DNA of 64,000 bases from Podarcis bocagei (Eukaryota), in the NCBI GenBank assembly GCA_964188305.1, contig OZ076899.1; one strand, written 5' to 3'. Below, piece after piece: positions 13,265 through 26,100 of the stretch (position 1 is its first letter; every line of letters begins with the position of its first letter). A program made the translations under genes and the position numbers. The notes below the pieces were generated by a model that was not told where the DNA came from, did no database searches, and worked only from the letters and a program-made list of their open reading frames with translations.

Positions 13265-15314
13265 GCATCTGGCAGTGCTGGAAGGCACTGGCCTCTTTTT
13301 GCATGTCAAGGGCAATACCTTGTCTGGATTGTCCCTGTAGCTAAAATGGCCACATCCAGCTCCTAAAAAGGGGGTGGGGTCCTGTTGTGGTGGCCCCTCC
13401 TCACTAGAGTCAAAAGCTGGCCCTTCAGGGGACTTCCTGCTCAGATTCTGCTCCCAGGCAGCTAGGAGAAGTCTGCTGCCTGCAGTACAAGGGACCACCC
13501 TTGCCTAGGCTTTTTCTGTCTGCTCAGAGCAGAATCATCAAGCATTGAGAGGTGAACACCAGGCTTATATAAAGGGTCCTGCTGAGTTTCGCCTTTACAA
13601 AGTGCTGTGATGCAGGTGGTTAGAATTTCCCTTGGACACATGCAGATGAGAGACTCAGAAAGAGCCATGTGGCCCTGCAGGGACTCAGCAGTAGTGACTG
13701 CAGCAACAGCAGCAAGGTCTCCCAGGCCTATGAAAGCAAGTGCATGATGATAAGCCTCCATGCCTTTCTGAAAGCATTTTGGAAGGGATTAATAGCTTGG
13801 GATTCTTAAAGTTCCTCAGATGCCTGTTACCCCTTCTTGAGAGGAAGCCCCAGCCACCTACTATGAAAAGCAGGTTGGGGAAGCTCACTTACTCTTTTTA
13901 GTGTAGAAGTTGGTAGGTTGTTGTTTGGTTTTTTTGCAGGCGCCAGAGAAGTAATTCTTAGCAAACTGCCCAGCTAACCTGGGCACTCAGCCCCTCCTAA
14001 CCTGCTGCCCTCCTGGTGTTCAGGACTATAATTCCCATTGGCCCCAGCCAGCACAGCTGATAGGAGCTAGTCCAAAATATCTGGAGGGTACCAGGCTGGG
14101 CTAGCGAGGCCCTGCTTGAATGTCTGTCTCGTGGCTGGTGTGTGAAAGGGTAGCCCATAGGCTCAGGGCTTGGAAGTGCCTTGCCTGCCCTCTCCCTTCA
14201 ATTACTTGGAGCTGGGTGAAAGCTGTGCTCTTGCACTGAGGCCTCATTTGGGTGCCAGAACGCTCCTGCCCTGCTCCTTGGTGACAGTTTGGCCCTTCAG
14301 ATCATGAAAATAGTTACCTGAGCAGGATTGGTGGCAGGACACAGCATAAGCAATTAAAAGGATTTTTATGGATAAAATTCTTCTCAGCCTAATAATAGGA
14401 GGGATCCATATTCTGTGCTCCTACCCATGTCTGTCATGTCAAACAAGCCCAAACCAGTTCATCCTGAGCATGAGGGAATTCCTGTGTGAGGAGCATGAAG
14501 TGCCTGCTGTCAGAGGGAAATGACTTTCTGATCCTCCTATCAGTGATTTGGGATGATCAATAAAAGTGCAAGATCTGTAGGGTAAGAGGAATGAAGAAGA
14601 TGTGAGTGTGCTCTACCCTTCAAAACCTCAATTTTCTGTTGTTGTTTTTTATTTTACAGAATGTAAAAGATTGTGCTACAGGCAGAGGGGTCTCCCGTTT
14701 GCTGGCTTGGTGGGATACTTTTACGGGTTTCTAAAGTTGAGGTTTCAGAGTTCCCATTCTAATCAATAGGAGGTGAAGCCAAGCTGGGGGGGGGGGTGCT
14801 CCACTGCATGTGTCTGGTGAATGGGAAGCACATGATGGTCTTTGCTTCCCTCTGTCCTCAGAGCAGAGAAGAAGATGAGTGAGGCTGAAAAACCCAGGAA
14901 AAGAAAGTAAGCTATACTGGGCAAGGCTCACCTTTGTGGAATTGGCATTGCTCTTAGGAAGACTTCATGGGACTGGAAAAAATGGGATACCAATATGCTA
15001 CATAAAAAGTCTTTACTACTTCTGTGGCATGGAAGTGGAAGCAGGAAAATAAATTTACACTTTCCAAGTTCATGAGTGAATTATAAGCAATAAAGATATG
15101 AGACAGTCTCAGCTCAAAAGTTTTTTCTGTTATCCAAGCATTTCTTACAGCTTTTTCTACCCTCAAATCCTTATTTAAGTAATAAAATACTTAAATATTT
15201 CAAGTTAATGCTTCTGTTTTATTCTACAAATGTGCAGTTAACTGCATTCTTATATAAAGCAGCAAGGGGGGTTTTTCCCCCCTTTAATTGGGTGGGGGTT
15301 GAGGCTTTATTGTA

Positions 15315-15635
15315 AGGAACGTGCGTGGCGCTGTGGTCTAAACCAGAGTCTAGGGGTAAGCTCCCGTTGCTTGGTCCCTGGTCCTGCCAACCTAGCAGTT
15401 CAAAAGCACATCAAAGTGCAAGTAGATAAATAGGTACTGTTCCGGCAGGAAGGTAAACAGTGTTTCCGTGCGCTGCTCTGGTTCACTACAAGCGGCTTAG
15501 TGTGCTGGCCACATGACCCGGAAGCTGTTTGCGGACAAACACCGGCTCCTCAGCCAGTAAAGCGAGGTGAGCGCTGCAACCCCAGAATCGTCTGCGACTG
15601 GACTTAACGGTCAGGGGTCCCTTTACCTTTACCTC
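15315..15635 (+). mobile_element. Sauria SINE (lacertid-type) with 13-bp TSD and internal deletion
   Basis: GTGGCGCTGTGG head, AAAGTGCAAGTAGATAAATAGGTAC core, GGCCACATGACCCGGAAG and (ACCTTT)n tail. TSD TGAGGCTTTATTG at 15300-15312 and 15636-15648. Confidence 0.9.
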
Positions 15636-16884
15636 TGAGGCTTTATTGCAGTCGGTCTGTGAAAGGGCTCTGCCCTTTTATTCATTTCAGTGAACTTGTG
15701 TTGCAGAACCTCCAGGTACCCTCATTGCTTTCAAGATGGGAAGGGCTACCACCTGGTAGCAGAACAGCAGCGGTTGCTTTGCATGCAGTCTCCTGTATCT
15801 CTAAAGGGGAAATACATTTTGCCAGAGATCTGGAAAAGTGGGCTGCCTGTTGGAGATGCTAACTGCTAGATGAACCTAGTTCAGTAGCACCTTAGAGACC
15901 AACTAAGTTAGTTATTGGTATGAGCTTTCAGGTGCATGGATTTTTAAAATTTTGTTTCAACTAGTCTTGTCAGTATCAGTCAGCCTTATGTCCATCAGTT
16001 GAATAGCATGACCCAAACATACTACCAGGGCTAGAGTTGCATACATTGCCCTGTTTCTGTGATGCCTTCGTTCGTTTTACACTTTGTAGAGAACAAAAGA
16101 ACAGTGTAGCTGCAGGCTGAGTCAATAAAAGACCCATTACTGTAGGTAGCCAAGACAGAGGTTTGGGGAAGACTGGCCTTTTGCAGGGCATTCAAAACAC
16201 CCTCAGCTGAAAGGGAATGTGGAGCAGCGGTTATGGTCCACCACAGCATTTTAAAGCCACATTTAACAACTCCAAGTATACATGATGGTGATTGTGTTTT
16301 TTAATGGAAATTCTGGTTTAATGTAGGTTGTGTACTTGATAGCAACACGGAGAGTAGGATGATTTATCCTCAATGCTACCCTCCTCAGCTCATTTCCCAG
16401 GTGCATAGAGAAACAGAGCTGCTTAAAGATAGGGGAACAGTTGGGGATGATCTTAATTGCGAAAACGGCCGCGTGCTGCTGCAGTCAAGTTTGCACAAAC
16501 CCCTTCAATCTGCACGCCCCTTTTCAAACAACTAAGCTTGGATTTCCCTGCCTAGGTCGAAGTACGTATTGGATTTAATAGTCCTTTCCTGGCTGCTACC
16601 ATTTGGTTGAGAGCGGTGGGGGCGATCAATTGTCCAGCTGATGCCACAGTTTCCTCTGCGTCTCATTTCCACCCCTGCGGAGGCGACGGCGGTAAAAGAA
16701 CCCGGAAGGGGCCTTTCCATCCCGTTGGCAGCCCTTTCCCTTCCCCGCCAAACCAGCCCACCGCCCTCCCTCCATCGCCTTTGCAAAAGGGCTACCGGAG
16801 TGCCTGCCCGCCCCGCGTGCTCTTGGGCATTAGGCCGCCTGCGCTTTGCATCTGGGGAGAGCAACCGTTTCCCCGGCGGTGGCC

Positions 16885-18426
16885 ATGAGTGCCCCGGACG
16901 CGGTGCGCCTGCTGGACGCCGCGGACTTCGCGGCCCGGAAGCACGCGGCGCAGCGCCGCAAAGACCCGGAAAGCACGCCGTACATCAACCACCCCATCGG
17001 TGAGCAGCCTCCTGAGCATGTGCAGTGTGCGCTTTCTTTTGCAATGCAGTGGGGACGGGGCTACACTTCCAGTTCGTCATCTGTCGTGGATGCATTAGTT
17101 GAGATTCCTGCATTGCAGGGGGTTGGACTAGATGGCCCTCGGGATACCTTCCATTTCTACAATTCTCTTATTCCTTTTAGAAGCTAAGTACTACCCCTCT
17201 GTCTAACCCCCCCCCCCCCAGGTGTAGCCCAGATACTGGCACAGGAAGCTGGAATAACGGAAATTGCAATACTACAGGTAAGGGCACTCCCTCTCCCTCC
17301 CCCTCCCTGATATTTTCCCTGTCCTAGTTTAAAGCTTCCAGGCACAGCGTGGCAAGGCTTAGCCTGGAAAACTCATAATAAGTGTGCCATTAAGCATGTG
17401 TGAATGGCCTTGCATTCCTGCAGAGAAGTACTTCAAAGAAGAGGGCAGGGTGTTGGGGATCAAAGTCTTTTAGAAACTGAGCATCAAGAACCTCCTATTT
17501 CCAGGCTGCTCTCCTCCATGACACTGTTGAAGACACAGACACCACCTTCTCAGAGATCGAGGAGCACTTCGGGGAGGAAGTGAGGCGAATTGTGGAGGAA
17601 GTGACGGATGACAAGACTTTGGCCAAGAAGGAGCGCAAGCGGCTGCAGATTGAACAAGCTGCTCAGAGCAGCCGAGAGGCCAAGCTGGTGAAACTGGCAG
17701 ACAAGCTGTACAACCTGCGAGATCTCAACCGCTGCACACCCCGAGGTCCGTCTCTGGCCAGCCACCTTGGGCAGCCCTTCTGAAAGGAGGGGGAGTAGCT
17801 GGCATGGGATGGCAGGATCCTTGCTGTCCTTTTCTGTGTTACAGAACAGGAGCTCAATAACTAATTTATTAAGACTTCTGCTCTGAATCTATAATCTGGT
17901 GGGGGCAGGATCTAGTACAGCATTTTAAAATATTCAGCTTGGACAAAACATAATACAAAACCTTCCTATGCTGTACACAGTTCCGGCCACACACAAAAAT
18001 GAGTTCAAATATCAAAGTCATGTAGCTTTTCCCAAATTAGTCTCTGGTGAGCTCTGCTGTCAACTGAAGAGTCAAGCACCTATGAGAACAGGTTTAGCTA
18101 GTAGACATCAATGCTGTTGTGGAACAGGTCAGGGAGATCACACAGTCTCCACCCCACTTCTTGAGCGGCTCTGATCCCCTCCTTAAAGTAGCAAAGCAAG
18201 TCCAGCTGTCACAGTGTGTGGCAAAGCAGTAGTCAGGCTTGTGTATGGATGCAAGTGTGAATTTCTGACTTGTGGGTTTGTCTCTCTTTGGCCAGGCTGG
18301 TCCGAGAACCGAGTCCAGGAGTACTTCCACTGGGCTTCGAAGGTAGTGACGGGCTTGCGCGGGACAAACCCGGTGTTGGAGGAAAAATTGTGGCTGCTGT
18401 TTAAAGCCAGAGGGCTACCTGAGTGA
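16885..18426 (+). CDS. HDDC3: HD-domain (p)ppGpp/NADPH phosphatase MESH1, 4 exons, 180 aa
   Basis: Exons 16885-16999, 17222-17277, 17505-17745, 18296-18426 (543 nt). Motifs: [73 protein letters not shown] at ~18743. Confidence 0.95.
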
Positions 18427-18973
18427 CATGGCTAAGCTGCAGTCAAATCCACTGGAAGGGAAAGGAGGCCACAAAGCTTGCTGAGCTACTAGATAAAAAA
18501 TGGAGAATTTCGCCAATTTGTCTGCGGTCCCACTTACTCTTATCCTGCCTCACTAGGTACTGTCAGTGTAAAGTGATGCCCTCTACATATATTTGGAATA
18601 CTCTGAAAGTATGCTGGAAACAAGGCAACCTCGCCAGATGCCTTATCCATCCTCTGGAACAAGTGTAGACATTATGGCATACAAGGGGAGAGGATGAAAG
18701 TAGCTCACTTCTTTCTCTGCCCCTCCACCCCCAGTCTCTGCAAATAAAGAAGAAGGCAACCTAAGGGTACCACTTGGCCTACTCCTTTCCCCACGTGGCC
18801 TGGCTATTGCAGCACCTTTGGAGGGCAAGACTACAAAGAACTCTCTCACACCTGCAGTTCAAGCACAGCATCCTTCTTCTCTCAGCTCATTATGGGCATC
18901 TACAGAAGATCACATTGCACTATGGTTCCTGGAGCATAATGGAGTGTCTCCGTTCCCAGGATCTTACTTCTCT

Positions 18974-19360
18974 TTTTTTTAATAAATTTTTTTATTGGTT
19001 TTTCACAATTTATATAAACACAAGCAATACACAATACAAACATACATACACAAAAACAAACATGTATAATTTCATATCCTTTTTTTCTTAAATCTTATTT
19101 CACCGACCTCCCCATACCTCCCCTTTCTGCGTTCCAATTCCTAAATTTATTTCAGCAAATCCTCACCCTTAATTTTATCTAATTGTATTCTTTTCTTTTC
19201 TTTTAACTTAATCTTTACAGCTGTAATCCACTTACTTTTTATAACCATAACATTTTAGCATTCATTAATTTTACAGTATTCCTTAATATAAATTTTAAAT
19301 TTCTTCCAATCTTCTTCCGCCGTCTCTTTCCCCTGGTCTCGGATTCTGCCAGTCATTTCT
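18974..19360 (-). mobile_element. 5'-truncated L1-clade LINE 3' end with 18-bp TSD
   Basis: TSD CCAGGATCTTACTTCTCT at 18956-18973 and 19361-19378. Minus strand reads EMTGRIRDQGKETAEEDWKKFKIYIKEYCK (ORF2 C-terminus-like), followed by an A-rich tail. Confidence 0.8.
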
Positions 19361-20134
19361 CCAGGATCTTACTTCTCTCACCCACCCACTTTGCTTGGCT
19401 GGATAGCAAAAGCATGCATGTTGAGAGTGGTTCTCAATAAAAGCCTTGAGCAAGTTGTGACTCCGCATTGGCATCAGTCTATAAAACTTGCAAGGAGGTG
19501 GGCTTATTCCCTGGCTATCGGTGAGGGGTAGAGGGAGGGTTTCCAGCTTCAAGGATGGGGTGAGTGGGAGTGCTGCCCCTGGTATAAATCACCAAAACAA
19601 AGTTTCTCCAGGTGATAATGCTTTTCTCCTTGGGCTCATGGAGCTGACCAGGCATTAATGCAGCAATGAAGTGGCTGGCCTGACAACGTTAGAAAAGGAA
19701 ACTGCCCCAAGGGTGGTCACAGTTTGCTTTGGGACTAAGGAGGGGAGAGATCTCCGAGAGGTGAACGCTCGCCTAGGAAGGGAGCTGGCTGGGTTGGGGG
19801 GGCAGCCCCCCTCCCCCAGGGATGGGGCAGTATGCACCGAAGCAGCCTGCTGCGAGGAAGGCAAGTAGCGTTCCCTCTTAGCAGGGAAACAAATGCGGCC
19901 GCGGTTGGCTCTGCCCTCCCAGCATCACCGGGCAGCCAATGAGAAGTTTCCCCACCACCTCAACGAGGAAAAATGGGGGAGTCGGAACAATAATAACAGC
20001 GGACGAGGGCGCGAACGGAAGCCGGCTGGGCCGCGTTGTCATGGCAGCAGGTCCACTTCCGGGCTGTCCCGGCAGCAACAGCGTTCGCTGTGGAGGGTTC
20101 CGGGAAGGAAGGGCGACGTCCTACCCTACCAGCC

Positions 20135-23100
20135 ATGGCATCCCCCGGTCACCGCGACGCCCCGGAGCTGCCGGACTTCAGTCTTCTGAAGCGCCTGGCG
20201 CGGGACCAGCTGGTCTACTTGCTGGAGCAGGTGGGATGGGCGGGTACTGGGGCGAAAGCGAAAGCTGCTCCTCATGGCCCTTGCCTGGCAATGACGCTTC
20301 GCCTCTTTCTCCGTCTCGCTGCAGCTCCCCGGCAAGAAAGATTTGTTCATCGAGGCCGACCTGATGAGCCCCCTCGACCGTATCGCCAACGTCTCCATCC
20401 TCAAGGTGCGCGAGGAGCTCCCCGCTCGCTCCCTCTTCCTGTTCCTTCAGGCAGGCAGAAATTCGGCAGGAGCAGCTTCTCGCCCCCGCCCCCTTGTAGT
20501 ACGGACAGCGGTGGGAAGGCTTCCCATGTTGCGACTGCCCGGGCTTTAAGGCAGCTGCTGAAAGCACAAAAGCTCACCTAGGAGAAAAGGGCAAGGGGCG
20601 GGAGACTGACATGAGGGTGCTGGGGTGAGGAATTGAACGTGGAGGATCCCACTTGAGCTGTGCCTACTGGCAACTTCTGTCCAATTTAGTTGCTGCATAA
20701 ATCAGAGGAAATGGGGAAAGAGGAAAAGGGAGTCACCCCACCACCACCACCACCACCCTCAAGAAGCAGGGGTGCTGTGCAGGATGTGGAGCTGATCACT
20801 CTGCTTCCATCTCTCTTTGCAGCAACATGAAGTGGACAAACTTTACAAAGTGGAGAATAAACCAGCCCACAGTACCAGTGATCAGTAAGTGTGAGGCAGG
20901 AGGCCTGCCCTGTCTGGCCAGGGCTTACTGAGCCTGCTGCATGGGGTTGCCTGCCTGCCTCTTTTCTGCTTTCCAGGGAAAGGTGGTGTTTCTCCATCCC
21001 TGAGCCATGGGACAAGGTCACCCACAGGCAGACAGAGCAGAGCTGTTTCTAAGACTACTCCTTTCATGTTGTCTGTTTTGTTTCTTTCTCCCAAGATTGT
21101 GCTTTTTGGTGCGGCCACGGATCAGGAACATGAAGTACGTGGCAGGTAAGCTGGTGGTTTGCATGTGCTGGCCTGAGGGAGGAGCAATAATGGTAGTTGT
21201 CAGTGGTAGATCTGATTTACATGCCAAAAGTTCCAGGTTCAATCTCCAGGTAGGGCTGGGAATGTCTCCCTGCCTCAAACCTTGGAGAACTGCTGCCAGT
21301 CAGTGTAGAAAATACTGAACTAAATGGACCAAGGCTGCTTCCTAGCTCCCAGGCTTAGCAGGAGGTCCCAGTATGGACAGTCTGTGCTGAGCACCTCTGA
21401 AAGAAATATGAACTGTGTAGTGGTCTGATTATAGCAGTGCCCTGAGCAATTATGGAAGAAGGGTATCATGACTAGGTTAGAGCAGAAGTCTTATCTACCC
21501 TGCCTATGGTAATGTTTCAGGCTGCTACCAGAATTCAGGGGGATGCTGAGTAATTGGGGAGTGGGTTTCAGCCTGTCTCTTCTCCTGGTTCTTGGCAGTC
21601 TGCCTACCTGCATCTATCTCAACAGGTATTTCTACCACACACCCCAAGCTGCAAGAGTATGGGACTAAGGGGTCTTTGTGCAAGTTCCTGGGGTGTTCTG
21701 TATTATTACAATCTGTTGCAAAGCTGCCTTGAGATTAAATTAAAAATATTCTAAATAAAAAAATGTGGACAGCCTTTTCCTGGATTGCCTAGAAAGGGCT
21801 TGGCCAGCCTTGCCTGCTCCTTGACTCATTTTTTTTTTCCTAGACATAGTAAACGCCGATAAGGCAGCTGGCCGGACCCGCAAGTACAAGATTATCTTCA
21901 GTCCTCAGAAGGCGAGTCTCTTGTAGCCGGGAGTTGTGGGGTCGGGTTTCTTGGGATTTACCTTCCAAGTAGTCCAGGGGTAGCTCAGCAATGATGTGAT
22001 GTGTGGACCTTCTGAAGTGCTGCTGGCTGGCTGGTCCCTCTGGCTGGGTGGTATTTCCCAGTCTGGGCTGTGGCTGCTGCCTGGGCTGCCCAGCTCTAAG
22101 ATGCATTGATTTGTGGGCAATACTGAGCTAGATGAACCAATGTTCTGATTTGTTATAAGGCAGCTTCCTGTGTAGTCTGGGCAGTGGGTGGTATGTGGGT
22201 GTAGAATTAGGCGGCCTCTTTTATCTCCCAAGCCCCCAGACGTTTGGTTGAGCTTAACATGTTTCAATTTAGCCACCGCCAATTTCACTCTCTGCAACAG
22301 TTTAGAGGCTAAAATTGGTTGTGCCTGTAAAACACCCTCCTCTGCCCTTGGAGAAGTCTCTTCAGTTTTTCTCAGTAGAAGGGGGTTCTAGGGGCACTTA
22401 GACTGCTTGTTCCCAAGGCTGCCTGGAGCTGATTGTCTTCTCCAACCCTTTCCAGTTCTACACATGTGAGATGGTGCTGGAAGAAGAGGGGATCTATGGG
22501 GGTGAGTTTCAGAGACAAAGAACAGAGATTTTGCTTGGCAGGACATCAGGATCAAAGTCAGAGGGTGGGGAGGGGGCTGTACTTGAGGAAAGCAGCAGTT
22601 CAGCTGGTGATTGGCTCCCCGGCATCCCCTACCCCAAGCTCAGAAACTTTGAGCAACGCTGTCCTGTTCATGCTTACTCAAAAGTAAGATGCACTGTGTT
22701 TCATAAGGCTAACTTCCAGTTAAATGGCATAAGATTGCAGTCTGAATATGCCAGTGTTCATTGTTCCATGTATGGGATTGATCTGTGTTGTGGTTAGTTA
22801 ATTTGTGGTTAGTTTTTCATCTTTTAAGGTATTTTGATCATGTTTTAAGATGATTGTTCACTATGCTGGGCAACACCAGGAGGAAGGGTTGTGTATAAGA
22901 AGAATGAATGAATAAGTAATATTGCTACGTTTAAAATAAAATTTAAAAAACACCTCTGACCAGTCACCTGAGTTACTCCAAGCAGCTAATTTAAGCCAGT
23001 GGAGAGGTTGTATCATGGGTCAAAGGCAAAATCCCCCTTGTGTTGTCCTGGTTCCTTGGCAGACGTGACCTGGGATGAGTGGTCCTTCTACTTACTCCCT

Positions 23101-26100
23101 TTGGACGATGACATAATCAGCATGGAGCTCCCGGAATTCTTCCGTGACTATTTCCTGGTCAGTATTGACTCCTGCAATGTCCCTATCTATTCACACTGCC
23201 CTCCTCCCCCTTGTTTGCCTCAGTGTCACACAGCAAGTACCAGCTCAAGAATTTTAGGCACAACTTCAATTTCCACCCTCTTGTGTCAATCACAGCTTCC
23301 TTCTCTTGTGGCCCAGTAGGAAGGAGACCAGCGCTGGATCAGCACCGTGGCCCAGGCCTTGCAACTGATGAACTCTCTCTATGGACCATTCAGCAGGACC
23401 TACGGAATTGGCCGGTGTGCTAAGGTGGGGCCTTGAGGAGGATCAGCTGAAAGAATGTGAGAGGGGCCTGGTCCAGAGAGCAGAAAGTCTCTGGGTAGGA
23501 TGGGGTGGGCATGTATTGAGTATATAAGCAGAAAGAGCTCTGAATACAGATGTTTCCAAGAGCTTTCCTCCACATTGGTGAGACCTTAGAATCATATCAT
23601 AGTGGGTAGCAAAGTTAGTGCAAGACAAGCAAGCAGCTGGATTCTGTCAAGTCACTTAAACGGGGCTGTTGGGGTCAGAGGCAGGATTCCTGCCTCCTTG
23701 ATGGGGGCTTCTCCCAGCTACACTGGTTGGGCTGACGGGCAGGTCTGATCTTCTCCCAGATGGTCCATGAACTCTGGCGTGAAGTGGTGGAGGAAAGCGA
23801 CATTGACAGTGTGGGCCGGAAGCCAGAGATTGGTCACGTATTCCTTGTGGACAGAGGTAAGGGCATGAGAAGTAGGTTCTGTTAGACGGGCAGATGGGGC
23901 CTGGTATCATGCCTGGAGTCCTGGCCCAAGGTTGTGACTGGAAGTTTCTGAAAGAGCCTAAGCATTCATCTGTGTAATTCAAGCAAGTACAGCTATTTTT
24001 GTTAAGCTGAGATGCATGAAATGCTGTAAAACAAAAGAGATCTCCTGGACGTGGGCCCCTGGCTTCAGTGAATTCAGATCTTTGGTCCACCTAGCTCTAG
24101 GGGCAGCTATTCAGGATTTCAGGCAGAGTCTCTCTCCCAGCTCTTGCCTGGAGATGCCATTGAACCTGATGCCCTCTGCATGCAAGACAGTTTCTCTGCC
24201 TAGGATGGCCCTTCCCTCTTATGGGTGTGGGTGGGGAAGAAGCCTAGGGTGTACACCCCCTCTCCTCCCAGGAGGTGTCCCCTTCTGTTCTGATACTCTT
24301 TTCTGCCACCTGCCCATCTCACCCCCTCCTGGCTCTCTTTTCAGACGTGGATTATGTCACAGCCCTTTGTTCCCAGGTTGTGTACGAAGGCCTGGTGGAC
24401 GATACTTTCCGCATCAAGTGTGGTAAGTTTCCATTCCTGGGGGGGCTGCTTCCCCACCTGCTACCTCTCCAAAGGTCAGGAGGGCCTGCCTGCCTCCCAG
24501 AACAGTCATTGATCAGCTGACACTTGGGGGCAGAGGCTGCTCGCAGGCCAGGTGTCCTGTCAAGCGAGCACCCTGGTGAATTCACTTTCTGCAGGGAGCG
24601 TTGACTTTGGCCCAGATGTCACCTCCTCCGATCGGAGCATCAAAGTCCTGCTAAATGCTCAGGACAAGGTGAGTGTCTGCCTTCCCTTCTCCTCCTGAAG
24701 GCAGGTTTGGTCAGGGAATTTAAGGCCTCTCGATAGCAGCAGAAGGTGCTGCCCTGTTGTGGGGGCAAGTGGTGGGAGCACTAGTGCTGTGAGCTGAGGG
24801 TTGGCTTAAATGGGGGGAGCTAGGTGCTGTCTGGCCACCCTACTTGCCTCTCCCTGCAGGTCTTCAGTCAGATCCGCAACGAGCACTTCTCCAGTGTCTT
24901 CGGTTTCCTGAGCCAGAAGGCCCGGAACCTGCAGGCGCAGTATGACGTGAGTGGGATAAGCAGAGAGGGGCAGTGGGGGGCGGGTAGGATTCCTGGATGC
25001 CTCAGGATGCAAGAAGTGTTCTACCTTTGCAGCGACGGCGAGGGATGGACATCAAGCAGATGAAGAACTTTGTCTCCCAGGAACTGAAAGGCTTGAAGCA
25101 AGAGCATCGCCTATTGAGTCTCCGTAGGTCTCCTCCTCTCCCTCCTGGGGCAACAACATCAAATGGGGGAGGGGCAGCTAGGAGCAGCAGAGTGTCATCA
25201 CTGACTTCCTTCTACAGACCTGGCCCGGTAGCCTCGTTCTGGGGTGGGGAATCTGTAGCCCATGAGCCACATGCTGCCTTTTGCCCATGGAGAGCAGAAG
25301 AACAATGGGGTTGAAGTGGCACAAGGAGAGAGGGTGGGAAGAGTGCTGTGCACCCCTGCAGTGCTGTAAACTCCATCCCCTGTCAGCAACAGCTTGTGAT
25401 TTGTCTTTTTCTCTGGGTCAGTGCCTCCCTTGATTAGTGCTGCCCTAGTTCAAGAGTCTTCCTTGTGCCTGCAGATATTGGAGCATGCGAATCCATCATG
25501 AAGAAAAAAACCAAGCAAGATTTCCAGGAGCTGCTGAAGACAGAGCATGGTGAGATTCTGACCTTTCCCCCCTCGATCTAGCTTCCTGAGCCCTAAGAGC
25601 CTCATTTTCAGGCATGTAAAAATCCAGGTGCTCAGTAGCTGAAGAAGCCAGGAAGCTGGTTTTACATCTTTTCAGGCTTCTAGAATATCTTACTGCCTCC
25701 TGAGTTTTGGAAAAAACCCAAAAGCCCTCAGTGCCTTAGATGTTCTTGTTGCTATTTCTCTCCCCTCAACTGAAATTCCATGCTTGCTACACCCAAGATT
25801 TGGACCACTAAACAATCAAGAATTTATCTATTGCAGTTGAAGACCTATAGCGGTTGAACTTGATGATAATACTCAGGTGCTGAATTTGGGGAGTTAGACT
25901 GGAAGACAAGAGAGACAATGGGGTGACCGGAGAGGGAACCCCCCATACTTGCCAATCTCAGGGCTCCTTTCTGTTTCAAAACCGGTACAGTTAAGAGGGT
26001 TCTCAGCCTCAACTGATGGATTCTTATGGAACAGTTTGTGCTTTCTAACCCAGAAGGTTTACAAGTGCCTCTGAGCATGGCTGTTGCAAGATATGCTGCT

